Assembly: GCA_963771355.1 (NCBI GenBank)
Contig: CAVYTA010000006.1
Location: 1,536,001 to 1,600,000, forward strand
Origin: an uncultured Candidatus Rokubacteria bacterium
GTDB taxonomy: Bacteria > Methylomirabilota > Methylomirabilia > Rokubacteriales > CSP1-6
Length of the DNA stretch: 64,000 nucleotides
Direction: 5' to 3'
Shown here: one piece after another, positions 19,694 to 28,139 of the stretch
How positions within the stretch are numbered: the first letter of the stretch is position 1
Layout of the letters: every line of letters begins with the position of its first letter
Position numbers and translations under genes: made by a program
The notes under the pieces: model-generated
The model's input: the letters and a program-made list of their open reading frames with translations, nothing else
The model's database searches: none
What the model was told of the DNA's origin: nothing

Positions 19694-21190
19694 TCAGCTC
19701 ACGAGGTTGGTCTGGAAGCGGTCCTCGAGCATCCGCTGCAGCCAGCCCACCGTCTTGAAGGCCTCCTTGAGAAGGAGACGGTCCGACTTGCCGAGCCGGC
19801 CGGGATCGATCCAGTTGTCCGGGTCGAGCCCGGCGTCGAGCTGCTCGAGCTGATGTCCAAGCCGCAGCCGCGAGACGACCTCGAAGGCCTGGCGGAGATC
19901 ACGGGCCTCCTCGACCCTGATGGCTCCGCGAGCCTCCGCGGCGGCCAGGCGGTCGAGTGTGCTGGTCTCGGGAACGCCGAGCGAAAGCGCGTAAACCCGA
20001 AGAGCCTGGGTGACGGGGAAGATGGCGCCCGCCTTGAGGTCCAGCCGGCCCCGGAGCGGGCCGGACCGCGACACGGCGAAGCCTCCGAGCAGACCCAGCG
20101 GCGGCCGGCGCTCCAGCGCGTCCCGCGCCATGAAGCTGAGGAACAAGTGCGCGGAGGGGGCGCGTTCGCACAACCAGCTCCGCAGAGTCCCCGCGAGCGC
20201 CTCGTCGCCGGCCAAGGGGCGGAGATCGCAGTACAGCGAGGCAAAGAGGAGGCGCTTGGGCTCCGGCGTGTCGATCCAGTCGGCGAACTCCCCGAGCCAG
20301 GAAGACAGGGGGCGACGCCAGCGGGGATTCGACGCCATGAACCCGCCGGGACAGGGCGGAAAACCGAGGCGGGCCAAGGCGGCTTCCGCCGCCTCAGCGA
20401 ATCGCGTGAAATACGCTTCCGTGTTCCCCACGCGGTCGGGCGCCGGATCCGCATAGACGAGTCCATTGTCCTGGTCGGTTCGGAGCGTCTGCTCGCGCCG
20501 TCCCTCGCTCCCCACCGCCAGCCACGCGTACGCCACCGGCGGACGGCCGACCCCCTCCCGTTCCAGCGCCGCCTCGACGAGCGCGAGCGTGCGGCGAACG
20601 AGACGGTCGTTGAGCTCGGCGATGATACGACCGATTTCCACGGCGCCCACGCTCACGCCCGCGAGCCAGCCCACCACACGCTGGAGCCGCGGCGCCGTTG
20701 CGATCAGCGCATCCAGCGACTCGGCGGTGTCGATTTCGCGCGCGAGACCCACCGGGTGCGCGGCCTGGAGGCCCAGCAGGTCGTGACTCGACACGACGCC
20801 GATGAGTCGCCCTTCCTCGACCACTCCCAGGTGATGGAAGCCGCCACGCGTCATCTCAAGCAAGGCCTCGAAAGCCCGGACCGCCGGGCCGACGGACCGC
20901 AGCGGCGAGGACATGATCCCCGCCACCGGAGTGTCCCCGGGTAGCCTCCGGGCGACCACACGACTCCGCAGATCGCGGTCCGTCACGATGCCGAGGGGGG
21001 CTCCGGTGGCATCGGCGATCACGACGGAGCCGATGTCACGCTCCGTCATGAGGCGGGCTGCCTCGGAGACGGGCGTCGCCGGGGCGCAGGTCACGGGCGG
21101 CCCCTTGATGAGGTCGCGGGCGCTCCGCACGAACAGGGGCAGGTCGCCCCGCGCGCCGCCCAGACTGTCGAGCCCGGGCGGGCCGCTCAC
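19694..21190 (-). CDS. CBS-pair + DUF294 putative nucleotidyltransferase (GlnD/GlnE-like) with DUF294_C
   Basis: CBS motifs (GIVTDRDLR, IMSSP); NTase motif GSEGRREQTLRTDQDNGL; CPGGFMASNPRW; DLKAGAIFP. Confidence 0.88.
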   Translation of the reverse strand: MSGPPGLDSLGGARGDLPLFVRSARDLIKGPPVTCAPATPVSEAARLMTERDIGSVVIADATGAPLGIVTDRDLRSRVVARRLPGDTPVAGIMSSPLRSVGPAVRAFEALLEMTRGGFHHLGVVEEGRLIGVVSSHDLLGLQAAHPVGLAREIDTAESLDALIATAPRLQRVVGWLAGVSVGAVEIGRIIAELNDRLVRRTLALVEAALEREGVGRPPVAYAWLAVGSEGRREQTLRTDQDNGLVYADPAPDRVGNTEAYFTRFAEAAEAALARLGFPPCPGGFMASNPRWRRPLSSWLGEFADWIDTPEPKRLLFASLYCDLRPLAGDEALAGTLRSWLCERAPSAHLFLSFMARDALERRPPLGLLGGFAVSRSGPLRGRLDLKAGAIFPVTQALRVYALSLGVPETSTLDRLAAAEARGAIRVEEARDLRQAFEVVSRLRLGHQLEQLDAGLDPDNWIDPGRLGKSDRLLLKEAFKTVGWLQRMLEDRFQTNLVS

Positions 21191-21627
21191 ACGGTAGGCG
21201 GACCGCTCCGCCCGCGAAGCCGCGCGGCGAGCGCGGAGAGCACCAGGTAGGTCGCGCCGGAGAGGTTGGCCAGCGCCACGAGCGCGAGGGCCGTGATGAG
21301 GAGCACCATGATCCGACCGACCAGGTGGTCGGCGCCCGCTTCGGGAGGCAGCTGCGGCCGCACGGCGAAGAAGGGGGTCAGGACGGCGACGGGGGCCAGC
21401 ACCACGGTAAGGACCAGCGCAAAGGCGGCGCGTCCCGTGCGCTCGAGAGGCGACTTCGTGAGACTTCCGCGCCGCTCGATCCGCACCCAGAGGGCGACCG
21501 TCACCCCAAAGGCCAGGACGAGGCTCGCGAGAAATGCGCCCTGAGACAGCCAGCGCAATGCCGCCGCTCCATAGGCGCCCACGAAGAGCCCGACGCCGAG
21601 CGCATTGATCGCAGCCAGGACCAGCAC
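21187..21627 (-). CDS. Hypothetical membrane protein (about 4 TM)
   Basis: Hydrophobic ORF in the operon; its stop overlaps the start of the DUF294 gene. Confidence 0.6.
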   Translation of the reverse strand: MLVLAAINALGVGLFVGAYGAAALRWLSQGAFLASLVLAFGVTVALWVRIERRGSLTKSPLERTGRAAFALVLTVVLAPVAVLTPFFAVRPQLPPEAGADHLVGRIMVLLITALALVALANLSGATYLVLSALAARLRGRSGPPTV

Positions 21628-21636
21628 GTCTCTAGA

Positions 21637-21927
21637 CTAGCCCAGGTTCGGGCCGCCCCAGCTCCCGAGGAAAAGCCGCATCCCGAACCAGATAACAGCG
21701 TAGAGCCCCAGTGCCAGCCAGCGGAGCCGGGTCTCGGATGTTCCATTCGGCACCAGCTTCCGGATGGGCCAGATCAGGGGGCGGGTCACCACCCCGAAGA
21801 ACCAGAGGAGCCGGCTCTCGGGCTTCCGGCTGAACCGTGCCACCAGGATGTGAAGGACCAGATAGACGCTTGCCGTGTAGGCGAGAAACCAGAGAAGCAC
21901 GGACAGCCGATAGATGAGGTCGCTCAT
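21637..21927 (-). CDS. Small membrane protein (about 3 TM; weakly YggT-like)
   Basis: MSDLIYRLSVLLWFLAY...FFGVVTRPLIWPIRKLVP; the TxPL..PIR pattern resembles YggT. Confidence 0.6.
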   Translation of the reverse strand: MSDLIYRLSVLLWFLAYTASVYLVLHILVARFSRKPESRLLWFFGVVTRPLIWPIRKLVPNGTSETRLRWLALGLYAVIWFGMRLFLGSWGGPNLG

Positions 21928-21982
21928 GGGGCACGCGGGGGCGGAGAGGCAAGCCTCCCCGCCCCCGCTCACTTCCCGACGC

Positions 21983-23905
21983 TCAGTGCTGGCCCAGCCC
22001 GATGCCCTGCGCGGACCGCGCGGTGGCCTGGCCGGACTTCGGATAGCGCACCGACACCACGAGGTCCTGGACGGACTTCGGCGGAGGCGCGGTGAGCAGC
22101 GAGACGATCCAGATGGTGAGGAATCCCGCCGGCAGCCCGAAGATGGCCGACGCGATGGTGAGCGTCCCGTACCACTGCAGGCCGTAGAAGCGGCTGCCGA
22201 TCATGTAAAAGGTGGTCACGCCGAGACCGACGATCATGCCGGCGACGGCGCCCGCCTTGTTCGCCCGCTTCCACCAGATGCCCATGACCAGCGCCGGGAA
22301 GAACGAGGCTCCGGCGAGGCTGAACGCCCAGGCCACCAGCTCGACGATGAGAGAGAGCCGGAACGTGGCCACCCACGCCGAGATCAGCGCGGTGACGATG
22401 AGGAGCACCTTGGTGATGGTGAGCCGCTTGGTGAGGGACGCCGAGGGGTCGATGACGTTGTAGTAGAGGTCGTGCGAGATGGCATTGGCGATGGTGAGCA
22501 GCAGGCCGTCCGCGGTGCTGAGGGCCGCGGCGAGGCCCCCCGCCATGACCAGCCCGGTGATCACGAAGGGCAGTCCGGCGATCTCCGGTGTGGCGAGCAC
22601 GACGAAGTCCGTGCTCTTCACGACGAAGTCCGCCCACTGCACGATGCCGTCTCCGTTCTTGTCCACGACGTCGAAGAGGCCGGCGGGCTTCCAGAGGGTC
22701 ACCCACCGCGGCAGCTCGGCGACCTTGCTACCGACGAGCTTGGCGTAGATCGCGAACCGCGCGAAGGCCGCGTAGGCCGGCGCGGTGAAGTAGAGCAAGA
22801 AGATGAAGAACAGGGACCACGCCACCGAGGTGCGCGCCTGGCGCACCGAAGGCGTGGTGTAGTAGCGCGTGAGGATGTGTGGCAACCCCGCCGTTCCGAC
22901 CATGAGGCAGAAGGTCAGGGCGAGGAAGTTCCACATCCCGATGCCGGTGGGCACAGTCAGGTAGTAGCCGAACTTGGCATCCTCGCTCGGTGCAGGCGGC
23001 CGGGCCTGGGCGAGCGCCGCCGCCCGTACCCCCGTCAGCCTGGCCCGATCCGACTCCGGCAGCGCGGGATCCTTGAGCTTCTCGGTGGCCTCGTCGGCGT
23101 CCTTCTTCCAGAGCGCCCGCGTCTCCTTTTCCTTCGCGTCCTTGGTGATCTCGATGGCGCTGGTGTTGTTTCGCTGGAGCAGCTGGCCGTAGGTGAGCTC
23201 GGGAATCGGGATGGAGAAGATCTGCCACGAGAGGTACACCACCGGCACCAGGTAAGAGATGATGAGGATGATGTACTGGGCCACCTGGGTCCAGGTCACC
23301 GAGCGCATCCCGCCCAGCACGGAGCAGAACAGCACGCCGAGGAGCCCCACGAAGACGCCGACATTGAAGTCGAGCCCGATGAATCGGGAGACGATCAGGC
23401 CCACCCCCGTCACCTGCGCGATCAGGTAGGTGAAGGAGCAGGCGACGGCGGCGATGACGCCGATGATCCGCGCGGCGGTGCCGCCGTAGCGGGCGCCAAG
23501 GAAGTCGGGAATGGTATAGGCACCGAACTGGCGGAGATAGGGGCCGAGGAAGACCGCGAGAAGCAGGTATCCGCCCGTCCAGCCCATGACGTAGGCGAGG
23601 CCGGCAAAGCCCTGGGCGGACAGCGCGCCACCCATCGAGATGAAGGACGCCGCGGACATCCAGTCCGAGCCCGTGGCCATGCCGTTATAGAAGGCGGGCA
23701 CGCCGCGGCCGGCGACGTAGTACTGGTCGGGATTGGAGGTCCGGGTCACGATGCCGATGAACACGTAGATGGCGAGCGAGAGCGCCATGAAGATCCAGCC
23801 GATCCACCGGTTGGGAAGCCCGAAGAAGATCTCGCCGATGCCGATGAGGATGGTGACGGCAAGAAACGCGACGGTATAGATGCCGAAGAGCTTGTCCAGG
23901 CTCAT
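21983..23905 (-). CDS. actP: Sodium:solute symporter, ActP-like (VC2705-type) acetate/monocarboxylate permease
   Basis: YYVAGR, NGMATGSDWMSAASF, GTAGLPHILTRYYT, GGLAAALSTADGLLL, FFPALVMGIWW. Lies near acs and directly after DUF4212. Confidence 0.85.
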   Translation of the reverse strand: MSLDKLFGIYTVAFLAVTILIGIGEIFFGLPNRWIGWIFMALSLAIYVFIGIVTRTSNPDQYYVAGRGVPAFYNGMATGSDWMSAASFISMGGALSAQGFAGLAYVMGWTGGYLLLAVFLGPYLRQFGAYTIPDFLGARYGGTAARIIGVIAAVACSFTYLIAQVTGVGLIVSRFIGLDFNVGVFVGLLGVLFCSVLGGMRSVTWTQVAQYIILIISYLVPVVYLSWQIFSIPIPELTYGQLLQRNNTSAIEITKDAKEKETRALWKKDADEATEKLKDPALPESDRARLTGVRAAALAQARPPAPSEDAKFGYYLTVPTGIGMWNFLALTFCLMVGTAGLPHILTRYYTTPSVRQARTSVAWSLFFIFLLYFTAPAYAAFARFAIYAKLVGSKVAELPRWVTLWKPAGLFDVVDKNGDGIVQWADFVVKSTDFVVLATPEIAGLPFVITGLVMAGGLAAALSTADGLLLTIANAISHDLYYNVIDPSASLTKRLTITKVLLIVTALISAWVATFRLSLIVELVAWAFSLAGASFFPALVMGIWWKRANKAGAVAGMIVGLGVTTFYMIGSRFYGLQWYGTLTIASAIFGLPAGFLTIWIVSLLTAPPPKSVQDLVVSVRYPKSGQATARSAQGIGLGQH

Positions 23906-23908
23906 GGT

Positions 23909-24178
23909 CTAGGCCTCCTCCTGGATGCCATACTCTTGGTCCTTGGCGTTCATGAGCTTGGCGTAGACGGCGATCTCGATCACGAAGATGGCCAGCGAGC
24001 CCTGGGCCGCCATGTAGTAACCCATGGGGAATCCGAGCACGGTGAACTGGTTGAGCCAGCTCGCCATGATGCCCGAGATGATGTAGGTGACGACGAACCA
24101 GATGACGAGCAGGATCGTCGTCAGCCGGACGTTGTAACTCCAGTATTCCTCTTTCTCTCGTTCGGTCAGATCGGCCAT
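23909..24178 (-). CDS. DUF4212 small membrane partner of the solute symporter
   Basis: YWSYNVRL..ILLVIWFVV...GFPMGYYMAAQGS. GGAGGG RBS; directly upstream of the SSS gene. Confidence 0.88.
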   Translation of the reverse strand: MADLTEREKEEYWSYNVRLTTILLVIWFVVTYIISGIMASWLNQFTVLGFPMGYYMAAQGSLAIFVIEIAVYAKLMNAKDQEYGIQEEA

Positions 24179-24291
24179 GGTCCCCTCCGTTGGGTGGCAA
24201 TTGGCTGATTGTCCCCGGTATTCCGGGCGACGAGGCGGGGCGGCGGCGCGCGAGGGACGGCTAATGGTCTTCGGAGCGAGCCGGCGGGGCT

Positions 24292-24576
24292 TCAGACCGC
24301 GCGTGGGTCCGAGGACGATCGACCATCCAGTCCTCGGTCGAGCGAGAAGATCGCCCAGCCCGGCTCGGTGCCATCCCCATCTTCCGGTCGGGCTCCACCC
24401 GACCAGATGATGGCAGGCTTGGCAAGCGGCCATGGGCCTCGCCGCGCGTCGACCCGGGCGCGCACGCCTTCCGCGGATGAACCCGCGTCGAAGGTGAACG
24501 CGCCACCGACGAACGGAGTGCCGAAGTCCACCGAAACGAACACGAAGAGCCAGAAGGCGAGCCGACGCGCTCTCAT
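24292..24576 (-). CDS. Hypothetical protein, first ORF after the sigma54 promoter (3' end possibly frameshifted; alternative stop 24261)
   Basis: MRARRLAFWLFVFVSVDFGTPFVGGAFTFD has a signal-like N-terminus; the ATG lies just downstream of the -12 element. Confidence 0.45.
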   Translation of the reverse strand: MRARRLAFWLFVFVSVDFGTPFVGGAFTFDAGSSAEGVRARVDARRGPWPLAKPAIIWSGGARPEDGDGTEPGWAIFSLDRGLDGRSSSDPRAV

Positions 24577-24590
24577 CCGATGTCGAGCAT

Positions 24591-24608
24591 TAGCACGGAG
24601 TGTGCCAG
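24591..24608 (-). promoter_or_regulatory. Sigma54 (-24/-12) promoter of the DUF4212-actP operon
   Basis: Minus strand CTGGCACACTCCGTGCTA: TGGCAC, with GG-N10-GC spacing. Confidence 0.75.
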
Positions 24609-24671
24609 GCCCCTCGACCATTCCAACCAGTTAATTTCATGAGCTCGACGCGGCCGTCTGCACACGATCCT

Positions 24672-24707
24672 TGGTATCCGCACCATGGCGGCTTGGTATC
24701 TCTACCC
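24672..24707. promoter_or_regulatory. Tandem putative enhancer (UAS) boxes
   Basis: TGGTATCCGCACCA (24672-24685) and TGGTATCTCTACCC (24694-24707), 22 bp apart. IHF-like TTCCAACCAGTTA at 24621-24633 lies between them and the promoter. Confidence 0.55.
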
Positions 24708-24821
24708 TGACGCAATGAGTCAGGTGCGATCCCAGGAGTCACGCCGCGACATTTTCCGACCGCTCCGCAATGAAGCCAATAGAATGTCGTGGCTCGTGCC
24801 TTTCCTGGAGACGCTCAACTC

Positions 24822-26063
24822 GTGACTGAGATCAAAGCGCTGCCCGCCTACACCATCCTCCCCTTCGTGGCCATGCTGCTGAGCATCGCCGTCCTGCCGC
24901 TCTGGACGCCGCACTGGTGGGAGCGCAACCGGAACAAGCTCCTCGTCTCCGCGGTCCTGGGCCTCCCGGTGCTCGTGCTCTATCTGGCGCGCCGGCCCGC
25001 CGCCCTCGTGCACATGGGCGAGGACTACGTCTCCTTCATCGTGCTGCTCGCCGGGCTCTTCGTGATCTCGGGCGGTGTCCTGCTCCGCGGCGACCTCAGC
25101 GCCACCCCGCTCGTCAATTCAGCCTTCCTCGCGGTGGGGGCCGTCCTGGCCTCCGCGGTGGGCACCACCGGCGCCTCCATGCTGCTGATCCGCCCCCTGC
25201 TCCAGACCAACCGCGAGCGAACCCGGCGCAAGCACACCGTGGTGTTCTTCATCTTTCTCGTCTCCAATGTCGGCGGCATGCTCACCCCGCTGGGCGATCC
25301 CCCCCTGTTCCTCGGCTATCTCGAGGGGGTCCCCTTCACCTGGACGCTCCGGCTCTGGCCCCAGTGGCTCCTCCTGACCGGCGCCCTGCTCCTGACCTAC
25401 TTCGTGTGGGACTCGATTGCCTACGCGCGGGAGCCGCTCGCCGCCCTGCGGCTCGACCGCGCCCAGATCGAGCCGCTCCGGCTGCGCGGGTCTACCAATG
25501 CGGTCTGGCTGGCGGGAGTGATCCTGGCGGTGGCCTTCCTGCGCGCGCCGCTCCGGGAGGTCGCCATCGTCCTCCTGGCCGCGCTGTCGCTCTGGCGAAC
25601 GCCCGCCGCCATCCGGCGCGCCAACGGCTTCACGTGGTATCCGATCATCGAGGTCGCGGTGCTCTTTCTGGGGATCTTCCTCACCATGATTCCCGCGCTG
25701 GAGCTCCTGCGGCTGCGGGGTGGTGAGCTGGGGGTCCGGACGCCGGCGCAGTTCTTCTGGGCGGCGGGGGCGCTCTCGTCGTTCCTCGACAATGCGCCGA
25801 CCTACCTCGCCTTCCTGGCGCTGGGACAGGGCCTGGGGCTGGCCGGTGAGGTGGTCGGGGTGCCGGCAGCCATTCTCGCCGCCATCAGCGTGGGGGCGGT
25901 GGCGATGGGGGCGAACACCTATATCGGGAACGCCCCCAACTTCATGGTGAAGTCGATCGCGGAAGAAACCGGGGTGAAGATGCCGAGCTTCTTCGGCTAC
26001 ATGCTCTACAGTGGGGCAATCCTGATCCCGCTCTTCGTGCTCGTGACGCTCCTCTTCTTCTGA
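24822..26063 (+). CDS. IT-superfamily transporter (putative Na+/H+ antiporter / CitMHS_2-like)
   Basis: PFVAMLLSIAVLPL..PHWWE, GTTGASMLLIRP, SNVGGMLTPLGDPPLFLG, SSFLDNAPTY, TYIGNAPNFMVK. GTG 24822 with a GGAG upstream. Confidence 0.85.
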   Translation: MTEIKALPAYTILPFVAMLLSIAVLPLWTPHWWERNRNKLLVSAVLGLPVLVLYLARRPAALVHMGEDYVSFIVLLAGLFVISGGVLLRGDLSATPLVNSAFLAVGAVLASAVGTTGASMLLIRPLLQTNRERTRRKHTVVFFIFLVSNVGGMLTPLGDPPLFLGYLEGVPFTWTLRLWPQWLLLTGALLLTYFVWDSIAYAREPLAALRLDRAQIEPLRLRGSTNAVWLAGVILAVAFLRAPLREVAIVLLAALSLWRTPAAIRRANGFTWYPIIEVAVLFLGIFLTMIPALELLRLRGGELGVRTPAQFFWAAGALSSFLDNAPTYLAFLALGQGLGLAGEVVGVPAAILAAISVGAVAMGANTYIGNAPNFMVKSIAEETGVKMPSFFGYMLYSGAILIPLFVLVTLLFF

Positions 26064-26093
26064 GCTTTGCCCGTCTTAGCTTGGCTTGGCCGC

Positions 26094-28046
26094 CTACTCT
26101 TCCTCGCCGTACTGGTCCTTGAGGCGCGCCACCACGGTGGGGTCGGCCAGCGTGGTGGTATCGCCCAGCGCCTTGCCCTCCGCGATGTCGCGGAGCAGCC
26201 GCCGCATGATCTTGCCGGAGCGGGTCTTGGGGAGATCGGCGGCGAAGATGAGGTCGTCGGGACGGGCGAGCGCCCCGATCTTCTTGCTCACATGCCCCTT
26301 GAGCTCGTCCATGAGCTCCTTGGAGCCCTGATGGCCGTCCTTGACGGTGACGAAGGCGGCAATCGCCTGCCCCTTGATCTCGTGCGGTCGCCCGATCACC
26401 GCCGCCTCCGCGACCTTGGGATGATCCACCAGGGCGGACTCCACCTCCATGGTGGAGACGCGGTGGCCCGAGACGTTCATGACGTCGTCCACCCGGCCGA
26501 GGAGCCAGAAGTAGCCGTCCTCATCCTGCTTGGCTCCGTCGCCGGTGAAGTAGATGCCCGGGTACTTGCTCCAGTACTGCGCCTGGAAGCGCTGCGGGTC
26601 GCGGTAGATGCCGCGCAGCATCCCCGGCCACGGCTTGGTGAGGACGAGATAGCCGGCCTTGGCCGGCTCGCCCTTGTCATTGACCACCTGAGCCTCGATA
26701 CCGGGGAAGGCCTTGGTGGCGGAGCCGGGCTTGAGCACGGTGATCCCGGGGAGCGGGGTGATCATGATGTGGCCCGTCTCGGTTTGCCACCACGTGTCCA
26801 CCACCGGGCAGCGCCCGCCGCCGATGACCTTCCAGTACCAGACCCAGGCTTCGGGATTGATGGGCTCACCTACCGATCCCAGGAGCCGGAGGGTCGAGAG
26901 GTCACAGCGGTTCGGGTACTGGTCGCCCCAGCGCATGAAGGTGCGAATGGCGGTGGGCGCGGTATAGCAGATGGTGATGCCGTGGCGCTCGATGACGCGC
27001 CAGAAGCGGTCCTTGTCGGGGAAGTCCGGGGTGCCCTCGTACATCACGGTGGTGGCGCCGTTGGCGAGGGGCCCGTAGACGACGTAGGAGTGCCCGGTCA
27101 CCCAGCCGATGTCGGCGGTGCACCAGTACACGTCCGTGTCCTTCAGGTCGAAGACCCAGTTGGTGGTCGCATACACGCCGGTGAGGTAGCCGCCGGTGGT
27201 GTGCTGGATGCCCTTGGGCTTGCCCGTCGAGCCCGAGGTGTAGAGGAGATACAGCATGTCCTCCGCGTCCATCTTCTCCGGCGGGCAATGGGCGGGGGCG
27301 TCCTTCACGAAGTCCGTCCACCAGATGTCCCGCCCCGAGACCATCGGAACGTCCTGCCCGGTGCGCTTGAGCACCACCACCGTCCTGACGTCGGGGCACT
27401 CCTTGAGCGCGGCGTCCACGTTGAGCTTCAGGGGCACGATGCCGCCCCGGCGGTAGCCGCCGTCGGCGGTGATCAACACCGTGGATTCTGCGTCGTGAAT
27501 GCGGTCGCGGACCGCGTCGGGAGCAAAGCCGCCGAAGATGACGCTGTGGGGCGCCCCGATGCGCGTGCACGCGAGCATGGCGATGGCGGCCTCGGGCACC
27601 ATGGGCATGTAGATGGTGACGCGATCGCCCCGCTTGACCCCATGCTGCTTGAGGGCCGCGGCGAAGCGATTCACCTCGCGGTAGAGGTCCCAGTAGGTCA
27701 GGGTGCGGGTGTCGCCGGGCTCCCCCTCCCAGATGAGGGCGGCCTTGGTGCGGCGGGCGGTGGTGATGTGCCGGTCCAGGCAGTTGTACGAGACATTGAG
27801 CTTGCCGCCGAGGAACCACTTGGCGTTGGGCGCCTTCCACGCCAGCGTCTTCTTCCACGGCGTGAACCAGTGGAGCTGCTTCGCCCAGCCCTCCCAGAAC
27901 TTCAGGGGGTTCTTCGCCGCCTCCTTGTAGATGGAGGGACGGTTGATGTTCGCCTTCTTCGCGAAGTCCTTGGGGGGCGGGAACTTCCGCCGCTCCTTGA
28001 GAAGGGCCTCGATCGGGGTCGCGCCGCCAGCGGGCTTGCTCGCCAT
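26094..28046 (-). CDS. acs: Acetyl-CoA synthetase (AMP-forming)
   Basis: [51 protein letters not shown]. Confidence 0.96.
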   Translation of the reverse strand: MASKPAGGATPIEALLKERRKFPPPKDFAKKANINRPSIYKEAAKNPLKFWEGWAKQLHWFTPWKKTLAWKAPNAKWFLGGKLNVSYNCLDRHITTARRTKAALIWEGEPGDTRTLTYWDLYREVNRFAAALKQHGVKRGDRVTIYMPMVPEAAIAMLACTRIGAPHSVIFGGFAPDAVRDRIHDAESTVLITADGGYRRGGIVPLKLNVDAALKECPDVRTVVVLKRTGQDVPMVSGRDIWWTDFVKDAPAHCPPEKMDAEDMLYLLYTSGSTGKPKGIQHTTGGYLTGVYATTNWVFDLKDTDVYWCTADIGWVTGHSYVVYGPLANGATTVMYEGTPDFPDKDRFWRVIERHGITICYTAPTAIRTFMRWGDQYPNRCDLSTLRLLGSVGEPINPEAWVWYWKVIGGGRCPVVDTWWQTETGHIMITPLPGITVLKPGSATKAFPGIEAQVVNDKGEPAKAGYLVLTKPWPGMLRGIYRDPQRFQAQYWSKYPGIYFTGDGAKQDEDGYFWLLGRVDDVMNVSGHRVSTMEVESALVDHPKVAEAAVIGRPHEIKGQAIAAFVTVKDGHQGSKELMDELKGHVSKKIGALARPDDLIFAADLPKTRSGKIMRRLLRDIAEGKALGDTTTLADPTVVARLKDQYGEEE

Positions 28047-28139
28047 GGGAAACCTCGCCTGATTGGGAGACTCGGTCGCGTCGCCGCGCCGGCTATCTTC
28101 TAAACCATCCCTCTTCGAACTGCAAGGGCCGGCCCCGCC

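Noticed and set aside
17960..21950. Slightly more AT-rich codon usage suggesting horizontal acquisition
   Set aside because: Visual impression only; I could not quantify it and there are no flanking repeats or mobility genes.
26067..28103. Long antisense ORFs opposite acs, and similarly opposite actP, the kinases, the MtaA fusion and the aminopeptidase
   Set aside because: Expected shadow ORFs in very high-GC DNA; they have no motifs and the opposite strand carries clear genes.
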